Of a stretch of 64,000 bases of DNA, positions 58,285 through 64,000 are shown one piece after another. This stretch comes from an uncultured delta proteobacterium. GTDB taxonomy: Bacteria > Myxococcota > Myxococcia > Myxococcales > Myxococcaceae. The position numbers and the translations under genes are program-made. Position 1 is the first letter of the stretch. Every line of letters starts with the position of its first letter. The notes below the pieces were generated by a model that ran no database searches, had not been told where the DNA came from, and saw nothing but the letters and a program-made list of their open reading frames with translations. The stretch lies in the NCBI GenBank assembly GCA_963713045.1, contig CAVQKE010000001.1, positions 384,001 to 448,000 on the forward strand. Reading direction: 5' to 3'.

Positions 58285-59349
58285 TTATGTGGTGGACGGC
58301 CCTGGCCCCTCCTCCGCCACGTCCGCCAAAAGCCGGCCCGCTGCCTCCAGGGCACGGTGCACGTCCTGTGCGCCCACGTCCAGGTGACAGACGAAGCGCA
58401 GCGTGCGGGGGCCGACCGCGTGTCCCAGCACACCCGAGGCCCGCAGGCTGGCCACCGCCCTGGGCGCCGGGCAGGGAAAGTCGACGTACACCATGTTGGT
58501 TTCCACCCGTGCCAGGTCCACCGTCACGCCCGGCAGCGCGGCCAGGCCCTCGGCCAGAAGCCGCGCGTGCCGGTGGTCTTCCTGAAGGCGCGCCAGGTGG
58601 TTTTCCAAGGCGTACAGGGCGCCAGCGGCCACGATGCCCGCCTGGCGCATGCCGCCGCCCAACCGCTTGCGTAACCGGCGGCCTTCGTGGATGAAGCCGC
58701 GGCTGCCCACCAGCACCGCGCCCACCGGCGCACCCAGGCCCTTGCTGAAGGACACGGTGGTGGAGTCCGACAATTCGGCCCAGCTGCGCGCCGGCGTCCC
58801 GGTGGCCACTTCGGCATTCCACAGCCGGGCCCCGTCGAGGTGGACCTTCAGGCGATGTTCTCGGGCGGCCTCCACCACCCGGCGGAAGGCCTCCAGCGGC
58901 CACACCGCGCCCCCGCCGCGGTTGTGGGTGTTTTCCACCATCAGCAGCCGGCTGCGCGGCGCATGGTCGTCATCGGGGCGAATGGCGGCCCGCACCTGCG
59001 CTTCAGAGAAAATGCCGCGCGGCGAGGGCAACGGGTAAATCTGCGCTCCCCACAGTGCCGCGGTGGCCCCTGCTTCGTAGTGCACGCCGTGGCTGTTGGC
59101 GTCCAGCAGCACCTCATCCCCGGGGCGGCAGAAGACGCCCACCGCAATTTGATTGCCCTGGGTGCCGGAGGGGACAAATAGGCCAGCCTCGTGCCCGAGG
59201 CGCTGCGCGGTGACTTCCTCCAGCTGGCGCACGGTGGGGTCCTCCCCGTAGACGTCATCCCCCACCTCGGCAGAGGCCATGGCGGCGCGCATCGCTGGGG
59301 TGGGACGGGTGACGGTGTCCGAGCGAAAGTCAGAGAAGGACGGGGGCAT
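58285..59349 (-). CDS. ltaE: Low-specificity L-threonine aldolase
   Basis: [38 protein letters not shown]. Confidence 0.94.
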   Translation of the reverse strand: MPPSFSDFRSDTVTRPTPAMRAAMASAEVGDDVYGEDPTVRQLEEVTAQRLGHEAGLFVPSGTQGNQIAVGVFCRPGDEVLLDANSHGVHYEAGATAALWGAQIYPLPSPRGIFSEAQVRAAIRPDDDHAPRSRLLMVENTHNRGGGAVWPLEAFRRVVEAAREHRLKVHLDGARLWNAEVATGTPARSWAELSDSTTVSFSKGLGAPVGAVLVGSRGFIHEGRRLRKRLGGGMRQAGIVAAGALYALENHLARLQEDHRHARLLAEGLAALPGVTVDLARVETNMVYVDFPCPAPRAVASLRASGVLGHAVGPRTLRFVCHLDVGAQDVHRALEAAGRLLADVAEEGPGPSTT

Positions 59350-59382
59350 GGGGGCGAAGGCTGGTTATAAGGCGGCGGCAGC

Positions 59383-60093
59383 ATGCCCCGCGAGAGCCAA
59401 GCCGCGCGACGGGAGCGCGCCCGCCGAGTGCTGGAGGCGCTCGACGTCGCCATGCCCGGGGCCCACATTGAGTTGGACTACAAGACGCCCTTCGAGTTGT
59501 TGGTGGCCGTCATCCTCGCCGCCCAGTGCACGGACAAGCGCGTGAATTTGGTGACGCCGGCCCTCTTCGCGCGCTTTCCGGACGCCAAGGCGATGGCGGC
59601 TGCGCCGACCCGCGCCTTAGAGCAGCTCATCCGAAGCTGCGGCTTCTTCCGCGCCAAGACGCGTGCCTTGAAGGGGATGTCCGAAGCACTGCTGGTTGGC
59701 TACGGCGGCCAGGTGCCGCCCAGCCGGGCCGCCCTGACCGCGCTGCCCGGCGTCGGCAACAAGACGGCCGGCGTGGTGAGTGTGCACGTGGGCGGAGAGC
59801 CAGCCTTTCCGGTGGACACCCACGTCAAACGCCTGGCGCGGCGCCTGGGCTTCAGCCGCAACCTGCTTCCGGACCGCATTGAGGAGGACCTCCAGGCCCT
59901 CTTCCCGAAGGAGGACTGGGCCAAGGGCCACCAGCTGTTGGTCTGGCACGGGCGGCGAACCTGTTTCGCCCGGAAGCCAGCCTGCGACCGCTGTGTGGTG
60001 GCAGCGCTGTGCCCCAAAGTGGGCGTGCCCAAGACCAAGCCGGCCACACCGGCCCGCGTCCGGGCAGCCGCCGGCCGCCCGCGCCTGGGTTAA
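59383..60093 (+). CDS. nth: Endonuclease III
   Basis: LAAQCTD, HhH LPGVGNKTA, VDTHV, C-X6-C-X2-C-X5-C. Confidence 0.95.
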   Translation: MPRESQAARRERARRVLEALDVAMPGAHIELDYKTPFELLVAVILAAQCTDKRVNLVTPALFARFPDAKAMAAAPTRALEQLIRSCGFFRAKTRALKGMSEALLVGYGGQVPPSRAALTALPGVGNKTAGVVSVHVGGEPAFPVDTHVKRLARRLGFSRNLLPDRIEEDLQALFPKEDWAKGHQLLVWHGRRTCFARKPACDRCVVAALCPKVGVPKTKPATPARVRAAAGRPRLG

Positions 60094-60635
60094 AGCGCCT
60101 CGCCGGGGGACACCGGCGGGGGGCCGGTCAAGGCGCGCTCGCGCTTGCGCCGGCGCATGCGCTGGCGGATGAGGACGCGCGTCAGCGGGGAGAGGTGGTC
60201 CAAGTACACCTTGCCAAGAAGGTGGTCCGTCTCGTGCTGCACGGCGATGGCCAGAAGGCCCTCGCAGAGGACGGACTGCGGTTGCCCCGTCTCGTCCAGG
60301 TACTCGACACGGACGCGTTCGGCGCGTTCCACCTCCTCGGCCTCGCCGGGAATGGAGAGGCAGCCCTCGCGGTAGACGGTGGTCCCCACCCTTTCCACGA
60401 GGCGGGGATTCACCATGGCGAAGGGCCGGGACTCGGGCTGTCTCGGCCGCGTGTCCAGGACCAGGACTTGGCGCAAGACCCCCAGCTGTGGGGCGGCCAG
60501 CCCCACACCCGGGGCGGCGTACATGGTGTCAAACAGGTCGCGGATGAGGGCCTGCACTGAAGCGTCCACCGCGTCCACTGGGGCTGCCGCTTTCCGCAGC
60601 GTGGGGTGGGGCCAGAGGAGAATGTCGCGCACCAT
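60090..60635 (-). CDS. def: Peptide deformylase
   Basis: GVGLAAPQ, EGCLS, QHETDH. Confidence 0.96.
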   Translation of the reverse strand: MVRDILLWPHPTLRKAAAPVDAVDASVQALIRDLFDTMYAAPGVGLAAPQLGVLRQVLVLDTRPRQPESRPFAMVNPRLVERVGTTVYREGCLSIPGEAEEVERAERVRVEYLDETGQPQSVLCEGLLAIAVQHETDHLLGKVYLDHLSPLTRVLIRQRMRRRKRERALTGPPPVSPGEAL

Positions 60636-60643
60636 GGTGGCAG

Positions 60644-63193
60644 TTAAACACGGCTAGCGGCCTCGGAGTCCACGAGGCTGCGGGCGTAGGCCGCCCGCAG
60701 CCGCTCGTCGCTGAGGGCCGCCGCGGCTTCGTCCAAAAGCATGGCCAGCCGGGCGGCGCGGGCTGGGACCTCCGGGTCGGGGTGGCCGGCAAAGCGCAGC
60801 GGGTGAAATTCGGCCGCCAGCCTCGCATGGGCCCGGTGCACCTCCTCCGTTCCGGCGGTGCGGGGAAGGCCGAGGACGCTGAAGTAGTCCGCCTCCTCGG
60901 CAGCCGTCCACCTCTCCCGCAACCGTTCGACTTCGACGTCCGGGTGCACCTCCGGGCCGGCCGATTCCAAGGCCGTCACCTCCAACAGCCCCAACACCGC
61001 GCCCACCGCCAGCGCCCGTAAGGCCACCTCCTGCCGCAGGCCACTGGCGCCCAACAGCTCCAACACCGTGCGCTGGCCGTCCACCGCCTCGAGGAGGCGG
61101 CGCTCCCTCTGTGCAAACTCAAACGGCGCAAATTCCTTCAGCTGCAGACGGCGAGGCACGCCGTGCGGCCCGCGGATGTGCTGGGCCACCTCCTCCGGCG
61201 TAAGGGCACGGTGAAGGGCTTCGGCCAGCACCGCCTCCAGCGGCCGGGCGGTGGCGCACCCGCCGGTGGGGGGTGCGCCGTCCGCGGCCAGCCGGTAAGC
61301 GCTGTCCCTTTCAGACAGCGCCTCCAAGGCGCGGACTTCGGTGCAGCGTTGAAGCAAGGGCACCACCTCCGCCTCCCGGAGGGCGCCGCGCTCCACCAAC
61401 TCCGCCGCCAGGGCCTCGTCCGGAAGGCGCAGGGCCCGGGCCTCGGCAGCTGTCGAGGTGTCCAACAGCCCATCGGCCAGCGCCACCTGGGCCAGGGACT
61501 CGGCCGGGTGGGTGGAGGCGGCGCCCACCAGCGCCCCGTCCGCCAGCCAGAGGAGGCGCAGCGTGTCCTCGGCCCGCAATTCCAGCCGCGCGGTGGCCCG
61601 CACCGTCGCCAGCCGCAAGACTAAGGCGGCCAACTGCTCCAGGCTGACGCGTCCGCCGTCCGCGGCCCCCCATTCCAACCGGGCCGCCGCGGTGGCGACG
61701 GCTGGGCCGGGGGCGGCCTCCGGCGCGGGGGGACGCGGCCCGCGGCGGATGAAGGGTGCGTCGGCCGGCTTCACCGGGGCCGGGGCCGGCGGCGGAGGCA
61801 GGGCGGGCGGAGGCGGGGTGGCGCGTGCCGCGGCCAACGCTCCGCGCAGCGCCTCTCCGGTGGCGCGCTCCTGGCGCAGGGCCTCCTCGGCGCGGGCCAA
61901 CGCCTCCAGCGCGGCCCGCTCGCCCTGGGCCAGGCGCTCCGCCAGCTGGGCGGCCTCCACTTCCAAGGCCTGGGCCTGCGCCTGGGCCCGCTCGGCTTGG
62001 GACAGGGCTTGGCGCTCGCGTTCCGCCCAGTCCTCCGCCTCAGCGCGGGCACGCCGGGCAGCGGCGTCGCGCTCCTGCACCTGTTGGGAGAAGCGCGTCA
62101 GCTGCTCGGCGGCGCGCAACTCAGCCGCCGCTTCGGCCCGGGCCGCTGCCTCTTCGCGCTGGCGCAACTCCGCGGCTAGCCGGGCCACCTCGCCTGCCGC
62201 GCGGGCCTCTCCGCGGGCCCGGGCCTCCGCTTCGGCCTCGGCCCGGGCCTCAGCCTCCTCACGCAGGCGCTGTTGCACGGCCAACTCGCTGGTGCGACGG
62301 GCCTCCTCCTCCCGCAGGGCCGCGGCCAGCAGTTCCGCCTCCGCCGTGCCTTGCGCCTGGGCGGCGCGGACGGCGCCCTCCGCCTCCTCGGCGCGCGCGC
62401 GGGCGGCCTCCACCTGTGCCTGTGCGACGCGGGCCTCCCTTTCCAGTCTCCGGGCCTCCTCGGCTTCGGCCCGGGCCCGTGCCTCCGCTTCGGTGCGCCG
62501 GCTCCGCTCGACGGCCTCGGCCTGGCGGTAGGCCCGCAGCGCCTCCTCGGCCTGGGTGCGCGCCGCCTCGGCCTCCGCCCGCGCGGCTTCGGCGGCCTCG
62601 GCCCGCGCGCGGGCCAAGTCCGCCTCTTCCCAGGCCGCATGGGTTAACGCCTCCGCCGCAGCCACCTCCTCGGCTTCACGGGCGGCGGTGGGCGCCGCCT
62701 CAGCCGCCACCGCCGGGGCAGCCCGCAGGCTGGCGAAGGCCTCCGCTTCCAGGTCCGCCTCGGCCTCGGCCAGGGCCGCGTCCACCAGTGGCGGCAGCTC
62801 CTCCATGTGCCCAGCGTCCAACAGCGGGACGTCGTCTTCCTCCGTCCCCTGCGGGGGCGCCAGCGCTGCCTCCACCGCCTCCAGCAAGGCTTTCGCGTCC
62901 AGGGGAAGGCCCAACACCGGCAGGGAGGCGCCCGGGACTGCCTCGCCCAGCAGCACCACCGGGGCATGGGCCCCGGCGGGCCGGGCCCGCAGTTCCTCGA
63001 GGAAGCTGGGCCCCCGGCCGCCCTCCACCGCCGGGGCGAGGAGAATGGCCGAAGGCGACAGCTGTTCAAAAGCGCTGAGGGCGTCCGCGGTGGACGTCGC
63101 CAGGTGGAGCGCGTGGCCGGCGCGCGTCAGCACCCGACGCACCGAAGCGATGGTGGCCAAGTCGTCGTGCACCAGCAGCAGGGGCGGGGGCAT
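60644..63193 (-). CDS. Pseudo-receiver / coiled-coil / DUF4388-like / DnaJ-like protein
   Basis: Receiver-like N-terminus, ~300 aa A/E/R coiled coil, C-terminal DYFSVLGL...HP. Confidence 0.78.
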   Translation of the reverse strand: MPPPLLLVHDDLATIASVRRVLTRAGHALHLATSTADALSAFEQLSPSAILLAPAVEGGRGPSFLEELRARPAGAHAPVVLLGEAVPGASLPVLGLPLDAKALLEAVEAALAPPQGTEEDDVPLLDAGHMEELPPLVDAALAEAEADLEAEAFASLRAAPAVAAEAAPTAAREAEEVAAAEALTHAAWEEADLARARAEAAEAARAEAEAARTQAEEALRAYRQAEAVERSRRTEAEARARAEAEEARRLEREARVAQAQVEAARARAEEAEGAVRAAQAQGTAEAELLAAALREEEARRTSELAVQQRLREEAEARAEAEAEARARGEARAAGEVARLAAELRQREEAAARAEAAAELRAAEQLTRFSQQVQERDAAARRARAEAEDWAERERQALSQAERAQAQAQALEVEAAQLAERLAQGERAALEALARAEEALRQERATGEALRGALAAARATPPPPALPPPPAPAPVKPADAPFIRRGPRPPAPEAAPGPAVATAAARLEWGAADGGRVSLEQLAALVLRLATVRATARLELRAEDTLRLLWLADGALVGAASTHPAESLAQVALADGLLDTSTAAEARALRLPDEALAAELVERGALREAEVVPLLQRCTEVRALEALSERDSAYRLAADGAPPTGGCATARPLEAVLAEALHRALTPEEVAQHIRGPHGVPRRLQLKEFAPFEFAQRERRLLEAVDGQRTVLELLGASGLRQEVALRALAVGAVLGLLEVTALESAGPEVHPDVEVERLRERWTAAEEADYFSVLGLPRTAGTEEVHRAHARLAAEFHPLRFAGHPDPEVPARAARLAMLLDEAAAALSDERLRAAYARSLVDSEAASRV

Positions 63194-63239
63194 GCGGGGG
63201 CGAATGGGAGGGCGCGGGTTGGTCGCCGGGGGACAAAGT

Positions 63240-64000
63240 CTACAGCATGGCCCCCGGGTCCACGTCGAGGATGCCCCGGACGTCCGGAGGCAAGCTGGAC
63301 AGCGCCCGTTCGGCCATGTCCAGCACCGGGCGCAGCACCCGGTGCTGCGGGGCCTTGAGGAGAAGCTGCCAGCGGGAGCGGCCTTTCAGCCGGGACAGCG
63401 GCGCCGGGGCAGGCCCCAACAGCCGCACGCCAGAGGCCGCAGGCGGTAGGCCCGCCTCCAGCAGGCGGCCCAGGGCCCGGGCGGACGCTGCGGTGCGCGC
63501 CGCGTCGGCGCCCTCCAGGCCAATGGCGGCCAGCCGGGAAAAGGGCGGGTAGGCCAGGGCCCGCCGCCACTCAAGTTCCCGGGCGGCGAAGCCGACAAAG
63601 TCATGGGCTGCGGCCCGGGCCACCGGCTCGGCCTCAGGGTTGTAGGTTTGCACCAGCACCCGGCCCGCCTCCGCGCCGCGCCCCGCCCGGCCGGCCACCT
63701 GGGTCAGAATTTGGAAGGTGCGCTCGGCCGCCCGGAAGTCCGGCAGCAAAAGGCCGGTGTCCGCGGACACGACGCACACCAGCGTCACGCCCGGGAAGTC
63801 ATGTCCCTTCGCCACCATTTGCGTGCCCACCAGCACGTCCAATTCGCCCCGGGCGAAGCCGGCCAGCCGCTCCGTGAGGCGCTCGCCGGTGCCCACCGCG
63901 TCCCTGTCCAGCCGCGCCACCCGGGCGGTGGGGAAGCGTTGGGCCACTTCTGCCTCCACCCTTTCCGTGCCGGCGCCCAGCCGTACCAGCGGGCCGCGGC
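63240..64000 (-). CDS. priA: Primosomal protein N' (3' part, truncated by window edge)
   Basis: GAGTE, VGTQMVAKGHDFP, PDFRAAER, QVAGRAGR, YPPF, DVDP. Confidence 0.95.
   Translation of the reverse strand, partial: RGPLVRLGAGTERVEAEVAQRFPTARVARLDRDAVGTGERLTERLAGFARGELDVLVGTQMVAKGHDFPGVTLVCVVSADTGLLLPDFRAAERTFQILTQVAGRAGRGAEAGRVLVQTYNPEAEPVARAAAHDFVGFAARELEWRRALAYPPFSRLAAIGLEGADAARTAASARALGRLLEAGLPPAASGVRLLGPAPAPLSRLKGRSRWQLLLKAPQHRVLRPVLDMAERALSSLPPDVRGILDVDPGAML

Noticed and set aside
61750..62800. GCCTCGGC/GCCTCCGC-rich quasi-repeats suggesting an array
   Set aside because: Codons of an Ala/Glu/Arg coiled coil; no fixed-length repeat-spacer pattern, so not CRISPR

Overview
High-GC (~70%) bacterial window with the gene content and order of a myxobacterium (Myxococcota; inferred from the FHA-sigma54 activator, zinc-ribbon/GYF/TPR protein, receiver-DUF4388-DnaJ protein and oar/mlpA/tonB-exbB-exbD-exbD cluster). 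It is densely coding (~60 CDS) and mostly core genome: glgC, uvrD/pcrA, rnj, rimO, lolA, obgE-rpmA-rplU, gatCAB, ftsK, plsY, cinA, pssA, ltaE, nth, def and a partial priA. I found no CRISPR array, tRNA/rRNA, transposase or prophage gene. Best candidates for undescribed biology: (1) a translationally coupled GNAT / PlsC-type acyltransferase / ureohydrolase operon (19157-21416) that may make an amino- or polyamine lipid, whose ureohydrolase has an atypical GGDQ motif; (2) a sigma54-driven 57-aa membrane peptide behind an FHA-EBP, followed by a strongly structured, possibly switchable ~140-nt element; (3) an Oar-partner lipoprotein with 21 Cys; (4) a lolA-coupled pseudo-aspartyl-protease lipoprotein with an internal duplication; (5) an orphan PD-(D/E)XK-like gene. 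All calls come from reading motifs by eye; no database searches were run, and several start codons are my own picks.
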